Assembly (NCBI GenBank): GCA_977016875.1
Contig: CDRNST010000038.1
Location: 1,922,001-1,986,000, forward strand
Reading direction: 5' to 3'
Source of the DNA: Pavona decussata
Taxonomy: Eukaryota
DNA length: 64,000 nt
Position numbers and translations under genes: made by a program. Of this stretch, positions 46,302 to 58,900 are shown piece by piece (within the stretch, counting starts at the first letter, position 1; each line of letters begins with the position of its first letter). The notes beneath the pieces are model-generated. The model had not been told where the DNA came from. It made no database searches and was given only the letters and a program-made list of their open reading frames with translations.

Positions 46302-49300
46302 ATGGGTCGGATGAGGAAAAGACACAACTGGAAAGCGAGATTACAGCCAGATACATCGAGGGATGTGAAGACGAAAACAAACACACTTGAACACAAAACT
46401 GTCCTGGAGGATTCTACGAAAGATGAAGAGTATAAAACATCTCACGAGGACACTAATGTTCTACTTGCTCCCAGCAAGAAAGAAAAGCTCAAGATTATGC
46501 GAAAGGATCCGAATGAGAAGCGGAGAAAGCTTACTAAGAAACAGAGAAAGAAGCTCGAAAAGATCGTAGAGACGAAGAAGAAGAAATCCAAGCGAGCAGA
46601 GCTGCTTAAAGCGCTGTCTGATCATGCTGTGAGTGATAAAGAACTTGCTCAGATGAGTTCTACGACTGATCTAGGACAGCTGACAACAACTCGGAAACGT
46701 AGTTTTTCTGAAACGGTGGACACAGGTGAGAGGAAAGCTATCTCAAGTATCCGAGGCGGACGCAAGAAAGGGAAGAAGCTACGTTTGGAAAAGAAAGCCT
46801 TCGAACCTGCGCCTGTTAAGGTTGCACAGAAGGCGGCGGAAGAATCCGAATCTGAAGAATCGTCTGAAAGTGATAACGAGGAAGAAAAAAACCTTGATAT
46901 ACGAGAAGAAAACAGTGACATGAAAAGCGAAGACGTTGTTATAGATTCGTCCAAACCCAAGCAAAAAGGAGACTGTGATAATGATGACAGGATGAATTCA
47001 AAATCCAGGATCGTAGAGGCTAAAGGTAAAGAACTTGCTCAAGCGGAAGATAAGAAAATCGCTACGAAAAGCGCGCCCGTGAAAGCTGATTCTGAGCCGG
47101 CTATCTTCAAGGAAGTGAAACGCGATCCCGAGATTCAAGCCGCCAGGTTGCAGCTTCCGATTCTTGGGGAAGAACAAGCCGTCATGGAGGCGATTCACGA
47201 TAACGATGTTGTGATCCTTTGCGGTGAAACCGGAAGTGGAAAAACCACCCAAGTGCCCCAGTTCCTGTATGAAGGTGGTTACACTACGCGGGGAATGATT
47301 GGCGTGACAGAACCTCGGCGAGTAGCTGCCGTGACCATGTCACGCCGCGTCGGTGTGGAGCTGAATATGAGCACTGATTTGGTTTCTTATCAGATTCGTT
47401 ACGAAGGCAACGTGACGGAAAACACGATCATTAAGTTCATGACTGATGGTGTGTTACTTAAGGAGATCGAAAACGACTTTTTCTTGTCTAAATACTCCGT
47501 GATTGTAATAGATGAAGCTCATGAACGTAGTGTCTTCACTGACATTCTTCTTGGTTTACTCTCCAGAATTGTTCCGATGCGAAAAAAGCAAGGCAAGCAA
47601 CTGAAACTTGTCATAATGTCCGCAACTCTTCGCGTGGAAGACTTCACGGGAAATACGCGTCTCTTCCCTTCCCCACCCCCGGTGGTAACTGTCGAGTCCA
47701 GGCAGTTCCCAGTCACTGTCCACTTCAACAAGAGAACACCTGAAGATTACTTAAATGAAGCGTTCCGTAAAGTGTGCAAAATCCATCGCACACTACCCCC
47801 GGGAGGGATTTTAGTGTTCATGACTGGGCAAGCGGAAGTTCATGGATTGTGTAGGAGGCTGAGAAGAACATTCCCGTATGACCCGGAGAAAATCAAATCG
47901 CGGAATACCACAGATGCGAACGGTGGTAATTCTGATAGTGATGAGGATGGAGAGTTTAATCTTGACAATTACCCTGTGAACCCAGCCTTGGAAGAAAGAG
48001 ATGCTGAAGAGGAGGACTTAGGGGAAGAAGGTGAAGAGAATAATGATTTTGATCTTGACGACAGCGCATTTACATCCTTGGTCGACAGTACGATTCCCAT
48101 GTTTGTTTTGCCGCTGTATTCGCTTCTCTCGAGTCAGCAGCAAGCTAAAGTGTTCCAATCGCCACCTGAAGGAGTGCGCCTTTGTGTTGTAGCAACAAAC
48201 GTGGCGGAGACTTCGTTGACCATTCCCAACATCAAATACGTAGTTGATACAGGTATGGTGAAAAGACGCTATTATGATAAAGTCACAGGCGTGTCCTCGT
48301 TTAAGATTACGTGGACATCCAGGGCTTCAGCCAATCAGAGAGCTGGCAGAGCTGGTCGAGTGGAGCCCGGGCACTGCTATCGGTTGTATTCATCGGCGGT
48401 ATTCACGAACGAGTTCGAGGAGTTTTCGCTGCCGGAAATCTCGCGACGGCCAGTCGACGATTTGGTTCTGCAGATGAAGGATATGAACATTGACAAGGTT
48501 GTTAACTTTCCCTTTCCAACTCCCCCTGATGCAACTGCGTTGCAAAGCGCGGAGAAGCTGTTGTTAAATCTGGGAGCGTTGGAAGAGAAGAAGACAGTGA
48601 AGGGAAACGTCAACGCGGTGATTACACCACTTGGTCGTGCCATGGCGAAGTTCCCGGTTTCTCCGAGGTACGCGAAAATGCTTTGTCTTGGACACCAAGA
48701 GCGATGCATGGAGTACGTTATCTCCATTGTTTCTGCTCTCACGGTGAAAGAGATCTTCGCTGATGAAAACGATCGAGAGGCTGGCCAAGTGAGCAAGGAG
48801 GAACGGCGCAAGATTTCCCGCTTGAGGCGGACTTGGGCGGGCCAGGGAGACGCGCGGAGACTGGGAGACGCGATGGTTCTTTTGCGAGCTGTTGGAGCGA
48901 GTGAATACGCGGGATGTACTGTGAAGTTCTGCGCTGAAAACGGCCTGCGCCACAAGGGAATGGTTGAGATCAGAAAGCTCCGAGCACAGCTCACCAACTC
49001 GGTGAATCTTGTGAATCCTGACGCCAAAGTTGTGCTTAATCCTCGCATGAGCCCGCCATCCCCTGTTCAGTGCAAGGCTCTAAGGCAGATCTGCCTCTCG
49101 GGGCTTGGTGACCATGTCGCACGTAAGAGCCCCGCTGCAAATGACCCCCAGTTAAAGAACGCCTACAGCTGCATGTCCCTGGACGAGCCTGTGTTCATTC
49201 ACCCATCATCAGCGCTGTTCGAAGTTTTACCAGAGTACGTGGTTTACCAGGAGGTAGTGGAGACCTCAAAACTTTTCATGAAAGGTAAGAATTGCATATG

Positions 49301-50650
49301 TGCTGTGGAAAAACCAGCTGTTGTATTAATTTGTTGTTTTCAGTGACAATGACTGTAGGCAGACTTTTTTGTAGAAAATACAGTAGAATCCCGGTAACTC
49401 GAACTCTTAAGGGAAACGAAAAACTGTTTGAGTTAGCAGGGTTTCGAGTTATCGGGGTCGATTAAAATATTCAATTTTCCAGGTTAATAATTAATAGTTT
49501 ATTGACTTTCAGCACTTCGGTATACAATACAGTGCAAATTAAACTTATTTCACGAGAAACTAATACATTTTGCTATCTGTTCGTTGCACTAATTAAAATC
49601 AAATTGCTCCAGTCTTTGATCTAGCATTAGAATTCGATCACACGATAAGAAAAGCTAATGGGATATCTCAATGGGCATCCGCGGCGAGTTCAGTATAAGA
49701 ACCAGAAATTCGAGTTATCGGGGTAAATTTTGATGAAGGGAAACGAAATTTAGTTCGAGTTAGCGGGAATTTCAAGTTATCCGAGTTCGAGTTAACCGAG
49801 TAAAAATGACTGAAAAGTTGGGTCAAATCCAAGAGAATTAAGACTCAGTTCGAGTTAGCGGGGGAGTTCGAGTTATCCGAGTTCGAGTTAACCGAGTAAA
49901 AATGACTGAAAAGTTGGGTCAAATCCAAGGGAATTGAGACTTAGTTCGAGTTAGCGGGGGAGTTCGAGTTATCCGAGTTCGAGTTACCGGGGCTTTACTG
50001 TAGTTCTTGAAGTTTGTCCAGGTTTTCTTACTTGTCAAGTGGAGCGAGATAAGTAAACTGTTTTCGGTTTGACAAGGTGGCACGAGACTACAAAGGAAAG
50101 CCCTTATCTCTGAGAGGAGTTCAACTCACACAAGTCAAAACAAACCCGTGTTATTTCTGTTTCAGGTGTTATTGCCGTTGAGCCAGACTGGATTCCCGTT
50201 TTGGTTCCCAGTCTTTGCACGTTCTCCAAGCCATTAGAGAATCCTCCGCCTCGTTATGACTCTGAGGCGGGCATAGTCAATTGTCACATGACATGCACGT
50301 TCGGTCCCAGATCCTGGCAGATTCCAGCTCAAGAGATTGAATACCCGGCAGGACTCGGCAGATACAAGTGGTTTGCCAGATTCCTACTCGAAGGAAAAGT
50401 TGTCGCAGCGCTTTCTAAATTTGTACCTTTTCTGCTGAACGCGCCTGTTACAATGATCAAGTCCTGGGCGAAGCTGCAACCAAGAACTGAAGTATTGTTA
50501 AGTGAACTTGTCAGCGGGAATGCTGATAGCAAGATGGCGCTCAAAGCAGCTTGGAAGAAGGATCCGACATTTTTACTCGCTGCGTTTAAGCAGTGGATTC
50601 CTCAAAGCAAACATGGTGAACTGAGTTTGATGTGGCCACCTAAAGAATGA
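46302..50650 (+). CDS. DHX37: DEAH-box ATP-dependent RNA helicase DHX37/Dhr1/kurz (~1155 aa)
   Basis: Exons 46302-49284 and 50166-50650 (AAG|gtaaga ... tttcag|GT, phase 1). Motifs [64 protein letters not shown]. The N-terminus [13 protein letters not shown] and the C-terminal domain ([21 protein letters not shown]) are typical of DHX37. Confidence 0.95.
49381..50000. mobile_element. Tc1/mariner (pogo/Tigger-like) MITE filling most of the single DHX37 intron
   Basis: ta|cagtagaatcccggtaactcgaactc ... gagttcgagttaccggggctttactg|ta, with an internal ~96-bp tandem duplication rich in gttcgagtt. Confidence 0.9.
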
Positions 50651-50769
50651 GGCATCGCGATAAAGGCGGAAGAAAATTGCAGAAGAAAGTTGCAAAGTGC
50701 TGATGTATTCCATTAATTTGATTGTTGACAACTGGAAATTTTATCTACAGGTCTAAATTTAGAGCCACC

Positions 50770-51300
50770 TTGGACATACCGCCAGAAAGGTCTGCTCAGT
50801 AGCTTTCATTTAAATGGTCACACTGAAGGATTTCATCCAGATTCAAACGTTCGAACTATCCTGTAGAGCGTAATCAACAGCACCACAGGAAGGTACTGCT
50901 CAGTAGCTTTCATTTGAATGGTCACACTTTAGGATTTCATCCATGGACTCAAAAGTTGGAATCACCTTGTACAGCATAATAAACAGCAGCACAAGAAAGT
51001 ACTGCTCAGTAGCTTTCATTTGAATGGTCACACTTTAGGATTTCATCCACAGAGTCAAAAGTTAGAATCACCTTGTATAGCGTAATAAACAGCACCACAG
51101 GAATTTACTGTTCATGATCAGTAGCTTTCATTTGAATGGCTACACGTTAACATTTCATCCAGCCTCAAAAGTTAGAAACACCTTGTAAAGCATACCGCGC
51201 CATGTACTAAACAGCACCACTTGAAAGTATTGCTCAGTAGCTTTGAGTTGAATGGCCACTCAAGGTTTTCGTACACAAACTCAAAATATGAGAACGAAGG
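50770..51300. repeat. Tandem array, ~5 units of ~105-115 bp
   Basis: ctcagtagctttcatttgaatggtcacac..ggatttcatcc..tcaaaagtt..aaacagcaccac recurs at ~50796, 50900, 51006, 51118 and 51234. Confidence 0.9.
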
Positions 51301-52181
51301 AGATAAGTTAATTTAGGTTAAACTACGGAAGTGAGAGCATAAACCCAAATTTTCAAGATAAAGTTGTTCGTAATTGGAATCTTGTGGTGACATAATGTAC
51401 TTTTTCGCCGTGAGGTGCTATATTAATAAGTATCGTGTGAATTATAATCTTCTACTTGAGTTGTGGGACCAATAGAATATTTATTAATTCTGTACTTTCA
51501 TGTCAAACAGTACTCTATCTTCAGTGTTTGTCGGACTCCTTTAGAGTCAATAGAATAGTGCATCGTCAGTTGATTTTATGCGTGCGTCCTTGAGCTGGAC
51601 CGAAATCACGAAATGTGTACGTCATGCTTGTCGAAAACACTCGGTCATGATTTATCTGGACTTTTCTCTTTCGCAAGGAATTGCCCCGACTTCAAGTCGA
51701 TTGACCATGTCGAACTTTGCCGCCATAGCGATACATATCAAGGCGCTAAGATCCACTATGATTGGGCAATTTAAAAAGAAGCAGCACGTTGATTGGTCAG
51801 TGCGCTTCCCAAGGTAAATGACAAACGAGAATATTCTTTACTTGGTGGTTTATTGAGAATTCGGATTTTTTGTGTGTGTGAGAAAGTCGCATAAAACACA
51901 ACTTGAAAAGTCCCCAGTTTGGGTCAGAAAATAATTACCTGGACTCCTTCATAAAAAGATAATTTATTTACAGTATAAGTTTTCCTATGAAACATATAAG
52001 TAAGAATTGATCAAAAGTTAATTAAAAAATAAATACGCAGCTTGACAGCTTATCATAATTACATCTTTTCTTAATATGTGAGGAAGATATTTACTCCCCA
52101 AAAACGCACTTTGCTCTGACGAAAAAAAACTTAAGTCTGGCTCTTTCAGATACGTGTCAAACTCAAACCTGTTTGGTAATT

Positions 52182-52349
52182 CATGAAACAAGAAATATGA
52201 GTGATAGGGACCGACGTTTCGGTGCATCTTGCGCCATTATCAAGGCTACATAATTAATGATAAAAAGCGGTTTGTAAAAAGGCGCAAGATGCACCGAAAC
52301 GTCGGTTCCTATCACTCATATTTCTTGTTTCATGTATTTCTAAATCATT
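52182..52349. mobile_element. Penelope-like insertion with an inverted 5' segment and a minimal hammerhead motif
   Basis: 12-bp direct repeats tgtttggtaatt at 52170-52181 and 52350-52361; 54-bp inverted arms 52182-52235 and 52281-52334 (1 mismatch); the - strand reads gccTTGATAAtggcgcaagatgcaccGAAAcGTCggt. Confidence 0.75.
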
Positions 52350-52908
52350 TGTTTGGTAATTAAGCATATAAATTAATTACTTGAAGCTATCGAATGGTAC
52401 GGAATAAATAGAAAAATAGTCTGTTTGATGCCATCGGCTTCCTTTTCAGTAGAATATTTCAAGCAAACTATACTTTAAAAAAGGTCCCTGGCTACATGCA
52501 CAAGCAATTTGCAAGAGCAAAGTTCCTTTGGCAGGATAACTGTTTTACTTCAGCAAGCTGTTTCATAAAATGTTTCTGCGGCACTAGAAAAATTTGTATG
52601 AACTAAAATAAGTCTCTCTGTTTAAAGAGTCCCGAAATGGGTCACATCAAATTATTCACGTTAGCTGACACGACTAAGGCTGGAACAGGCTTGCGAGACA
52701 GCAAATTATCATTTAGGCGAGCTGCAAGTTGTCAGTTAAGTAAATTAAAACCGCGACCGTTAAGATAATAAAGCGTTCAGTCCTTTGAGCGCGATTTCCA
52801 AAAACCTGTTATCAACCAAGCTTCTTATCGCATGTTTGGTCCTGAGAAACTGAACATATTTTGTTATCGTTGACGAAATCCTGGATTTTTTGTATGGTTT
52901 GAGTCTAT

Positions 52909-55900
52909 TTAAGCTTTGTTCATGGGAGTTGCTTCCTCTTCAGTGGCGTTTAAATCTTTCTTCCTTTTGAAAAATCCAAGCTGTAAGAAAAAGTAGAAGT
53001 GGTTAAACATATGAGCTTAATATTTCTGCTCCGTTGATGAATGTTGATTTGTCATGAGCAAAAGGCGGGTTTTTTTTCTTCCATCTAGAACTCCACAGAA
53101 GCAAGAAGGAAAACTAATGTGACTGCCTCTAAAACCATAATCAGAGTTATCACGTTGGGGCAATGACAATCACAGGAAACTCAACTGCAATTGATTGGAT
53201 CGAAATCAAAGCAAGCAAATAAAAAATGCAATCAGTGCGCAGCGTTGTAAAACATGCAAAACGCGGGAAAACATGCAACCGGTGCGCAGTCCATGGAAAC
53301 ATGCAAAACGCGGGAAAACATGCAACTGGTGGAAAGCGCGGGAAAACATGCAACCACTGTAAAGTGGCCTGTGGCGCGTGGAAGATATGCAACGGGTGCC
53401 AAAGCGCGGGAAAACGTTGGGACGCCAAGTCACGATTGGTTTTGTTCCTGATTAGATGAAACTTAACGACTGTTTTGATTGGATAAAAGAGAGGCGTCGC
53501 ACAACTTTTTTAAGCCAATTTTCGATAGGCGCAATGTTTTAATTTTAACCGCAAAACTATTTCCTCTAATAGTATAGAAAAACGAAATAATTATGAATTA
53601 ATATATACAAAATACTAACCTTATATAAGACAAGGATCGCTCCAGCGAGCAAGAGAATACCACCGAGAGCGGATACCAAGTAGACCCACCACGGGATCGA
53701 TTTGCTCTTTTCACCCCTCCTTGCAGGCTTGGCTGTCAGTAAAATCTGTGGGATACAAATGTGTTAAGTTACTGATGTTATAAGTCGGTAAAGTATGATC
53801 TTCCGGGTGAGTTTTGTCCTAAGAGGGACAGTTGATGGCGGTATTGTCTGGCGTTTTAACAACCTGAGAGTTAAGCGGATTGGATTTTATCAGATAATGG
53901 CATTCATTCTCTGGTAAGGTTATTGAGCAGCTGGAGAAATTAAACCCAGGCTAGTAATTGAACTATAGATGTTGAGCTATACTTATTTAAGTATTAGACT
54001 TGGAGTGGTTTTCAATTAAGTGTCTAAAGTAATTTCGCGTTTACTTTGGTTTTGCTTTACTAGACTCTATGATTGGTTGGCAAATTTCGCGCCATTTTCT
54101 CAACCAATAGGAAGACAAAGAAAAATTAATCGTGCTTGGTTGCACGCGTTTTTCCACGCTTGACGCAGGTTACATGTATTTGCTTCGAGTTCTGATCGGC
54201 TGATCGGATTGTGCTGTTTACTTCTGTTGTGATTTTCCAGAGAAATTACTTTGGTTTTGGTTTTACAACACTCAATTGAAAACCGCTCTACTGAACTATA
54301 GTTATTCAAATAATTGGTCAGTGAAGTCGCGAAATTATTAATCGTCTGTCACTAACTACTGGGTTCAAGTTTGATGCCCTTAACTAATAAACGAAACGCG
54401 AACAATGACACCATACCGTCGCGATGTCATTTTCTTTGTCAGGTTGCATGACTTTAGAAGGAGGACGCACTTGTGCAATTGTCTCAAGTTCCACTATCAC
54501 TGGCTTATCGAGCTGAAACCAAACAAACAGCAAACACTTAATTAACTGACACTGAATGTTGATGCTTCAGCTGTTCCTCCCTCCCTCCCCTCCCTCCTGT
54601 TCTTCCCCTCCCTCTCTCCCTCCCTCCCTCCCTTCCCTCTTCTCTCTGAAGGGAACAAACCTCAGCAGCAACTGTTCCAAGAGGGAAGATGACAGTGCAA
54701 TGGGACAAAAAAAACGGATTATCCTTTACAATGGAAATATTCCCTACCTTAAGGAGAGTGTTTTTCCACAGTCGTGACGTCAGTTTGATTTCTACTTTGT
54801 CGCCCTGCCTCAGCCGGCCCAGGCTACACTCAAAAGTTTGGCACACTGCCTGACTGCAGTCCTATAAAACAAGATTGTCAGCGGCTGTTAAATAAGTGGG
54901 ATAACCACCAATCACAAAATGTTGGTCTACACATCAAGAAAAGGGTTACAACGAGAACCCGCGTTTGAGAAACATTTGCTACCTCTGCGCATGCCCGACG
55001 CCTTTACGCGGTGAGCGAAGGACACGTTTTTTGGGAACCATTCTAAACTGAAAATACTTAGAATGACTTTCTGGTGCGTGTTTATTTTATTTATTTATTT
55101 ATTTATTTTTTGTCACGAATTCTCATTTTAGAATCGTTAGAATACCATTCCAGTCAAACAATTCCTTGGGACAGAATGAGCAATTTAGATTTAACTTTTG
55201 AAATGTTCGTTTTCTAAGTCCATTTTCGCTCCAGAAGAGACGAAACAAACGCCTCCGGAGACAGCTTTTAAAGAATGCTTGCGAAGTTGAAACGAAGGGA
55301 ACATGCGCATGCTCTTTTCACACCTACCGGTGACAAGACGTCACGCCTGTCTCTCTTAACATTTTGGACAACAACTGACTCGTTTGCTACCGTTGACTGT
55401 AAAAGAGGAGTGAATGAAGTTAGTAACATTTTTTTTCACAGAATCATCTTACACAAAAAAGAAGTTACTAGAATAGACAGCTTAACAGGAAAAAAGTCAT
55501 TCATGTAAATAGCTTAGGAATTCCTTCACAGTAGTGCATTCAAAAGATAAAACCAGCTCAAGCTGTAAGCCATAAGAAACATAATTACAACTAGTAACAA
55601 TCATGGATTAATAAAGTGCGTTCGATCTCATGGCACCCAGACCGAAGCGAGCCAACCCGCGGGACTTCACTTAGCCAGCGCGATTCAAAGCTCCCGCATG
55701 AAATCGAGGCGAGGGGTCAGCCAGTTCAAGATGGCGCCCAAACCCTGAAATCGAAGAGCATCCAGAAAGAAACGACACGAATAGTATGCGTTCTCTTACG
55801 TCGAACGCAATAAGCCCTCCTCGGTAGCTTTCGTTCGTCAAATTAATGATTCAAACTTTTGGGTCAAACCTCTGTTTAACAGTCTATTTAACAGCTTACC

Positions 55901-58900
55901 TCAATATTGAGAGGATTTACAACAGCATTACAGCTGCCGGAACCAATAACCTACGGAAAGAACATTATAACGGTTAACATTGTAACAAGTAAACTCACTT
56001 GAAAATTATTCAGTTTTAAATGCCCTTTATGTCCTTTTTCTTGAGAGTTGCGCAGACTATCAGAATGGCGAAAGAATGAAGGTTTGGTAGCACCCCACTT
56101 CGCTTTCCTGTCTGCCCCCTTTATTGATTTTTTAGCATATGATATTATTTGTAGATAGGGCCACCGTTGATAACAGTAATTTCATTGTAAATTAGCTGAA
56201 GGTGCTACCCTATTCAAATAAAGATATCATGTCATGTCATGTCCTCAAAAATGAAGTAAAAGAATGGTCCAAGTCTGGAAGTTTGGCTCTAAATAGGAGA
56301 CCAGGACACTAAACGTTTCTAAAATTTAACGCAGTTTTAAGTAGAGTTCTGTGTTCTTCGGAATTTAGGGATGATTAAAGTAAAGCGACTATTTCCCGGA
56401 TGACTCACCTCAACTTGTAGCAGATATATAAGGAAGCTCTCTGGATCATTCTTCTTTAGCAGTTTAGGCACAGTGATTGTCAGTTGCGATCCGTCCACGA
56501 CGCTTGGACCCTCATTACTAACCTAAAACGCAAAAATCATAACGCTGTCAGCAATCTTTGTTCTTTCGCACGATCGAAATTAGAAAAAAATCGTATTCAA
56601 ATTTGCAACGACTTATAAAACCAACGTGACTGAAATTTGTTATTGTAGAACTTTTATTTGAATAACCAGCCTTTGGATCTACAGAGACAATTACGGTATT
56701 CAAAACAGAGTGAAATTAAACTAAGGATAAAGTCTATAATTCCTATGACTTGACTGAAGTCCTTTTTTAATCCGATGAATTGTCTATGACTACCAGAAAA
56801 AATAATCTCAATTTACCGTTTTTGCAAACCTAATGATCCTAATGTTTTTTCGATACATACTGAATCGCTTGTTTTTGTTGTTGTTTTTGTTGCTGTTGTT
56901 GTTTTTGTTGTTTAGAGTGGTGTTACATCGAAAAGGTTTACCTTAATGGTTTGAACAATCTCGGGTCCAATCTCTTCTTCTTTTAACTCTTCAACTTCCT
57001 CCTTCTGTTTCACGGACCCAGAGTAAATGACTTGATCTGGCCTTGAATAACTGTACACAAGATAAATACATATGATTGATTTACACATATGGAACGACCG
57101 AACATCAAAAACAAACACTCTAGTAACAAGAAAGAGTGATGCACGCGAGTCTTGGGCGAGGATTTTTCTCGCTCACGTGCCCGGGTGTTGTCTTGGTTTC
57201 GTTCCTGTTTGTTTGCTTTTCGCTCTTTTTCTGTTTTTTTTTTTTTTTTTATATTATTATTTGCTTTTTGTCTTTTTGTCTTTTTACAGTTAGGGCCAAA
57301 AATTAACTCGTAGCCGCGTTTTGACACCTTAACCGCTTTTCCATTTTGTTATCGTGCTCGTGTTGTCCCGCCTCGACTAGCTTTGTGGCTATTTTAGGGA
57401 CAAACCCCTTATATAATCTGAATTTGTAAATAAATTGTTGTTGTTGTTGTTGTTGTTGTGAGGGGTTTACTCTCACTTTTCTAAACGTGAAAATGTTACA
57501 GATGTGCCTGCAAAACTAAGTGAAATCTTTACTCTGAAAATTACAGTGTGGAACAGAAATTTAACTAGCTGAGAGGATGTGAGCTTGACGGTCAAGTTAT
57601 AACTTATGAAATGGAAAATGATTTCAAATGTCATTATTTGCATGGGAATGCATTAGCCAATCAGAACTCAAAAAACCAACCCAAATTCAACCTCTTTCCC
57701 AGGTCCTCTCACTACCTCGACCCTGGGAACGAGGTTGACCCAAATTCACTTGAAACTTTAGATTGGTTTTCTGGTCGGGTTTCATGAAAATACGTAGATA
57801 TTACTTAAAAGTACGTGTCGCACGTTTAATAAGCTTCGTGTGTTAAAACAATTTGACAAAAACTATTTTATTTTGTGATACGTACCCTTTGACCACTAAA
57901 TCTGCCTCGTACTTCACGGTCACAGGAAAATCTTTTGTGTTATCTTTTTCGTTAGCGTCTGTGTCTTGACTGCAAAACAATTGCAAAATCTTGTCAAAAA
58001 AGAAATTCCATTTTCTAAATAGAGGAGAGCTGCTGTATCAGGATACCAATAGTGTTCAATTTTCAGGAAAGAGTAGTAACATTCTTAAACAACTTGGACA
58101 ATTTTGGCGGCTACTCTTTAGCAATACTTATTTCAAAAACTGCAAGATGAAGTCCGAAAGGGTGGTCATACATGTAATACTTTCCTTTGGTATTATATTA
58201 GGTAGTTTTAACTTTTTAGTCTGTAGACGAATTCTTGATGCGTTTCTATTCAAGCTTTGAGCAGCACTTCAATTCCGCCGTGGGGCAGTTTTTTTCTGTG
58301 TTAAGTATTTCTAAACATTTTAGTCTGTAGAATAGACGAAATCTTAAACGTGGAAAATGAAGAAATTAACTCACCTCTCCGCTGTGACAATGATGGTAAA
58401 ATCTTCCTCCACTGAAGCTGTTGAGAACTTCAGGTTTAAAACTTGCTGGGAGACAAAAAAAGGATAAAATTAGTTAACATTAACAAGTTTTGCAGTACTC
58501 AAGAAATTTCAGAGAGTTTGACGAGCAAGGAGTGGAGGAAATGGCTATAAACACAAGATTCGACTTCATTTACGTGTTGGAAAATCTCTCGGTAACAGAA
58601 CAGGAGGAAAATCCATTCAAAGGGCATAAACTTGTTGTGTGCCTGGTCGGACTTTTTTTTTTTTTTGTTTGTTTGCGTTTGTTTGTTAATTGTTTGCTTG
58701 GTTTTTTTTTCCAGAGAGTTTAACACCTGCGTAATATTATTACATTAGAGAGCGGTTTCCAATTGAGTGTCGTAAAACCAAAACCAGAGTAATTACTCTG
58801 GCCAATCACAACAGATGTAAACAACACATCGAGCCAATCAGAATTTGAAGCAAATACATCGCCAAGCGCGGGGAAATGCGTACGGCGAAAACACGATTGG

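Noticed and set aside
48377-49048. 223-aa antisense ORF and other ORFs overlapping DHX37
   Set aside because: Shadow frames of a GC-balanced coding exon with no recognisable motifs.
50770-51300. CRISPR-like or coding repeat
   Set aside because: Eukaryotic context, whole units repeat without unique spacers, and there is no sustained ORF.
53783-53870. Fragment resembling another Penelope-associated repeat
   Set aside because: Too degenerate and truncated; no hammerhead core remains.
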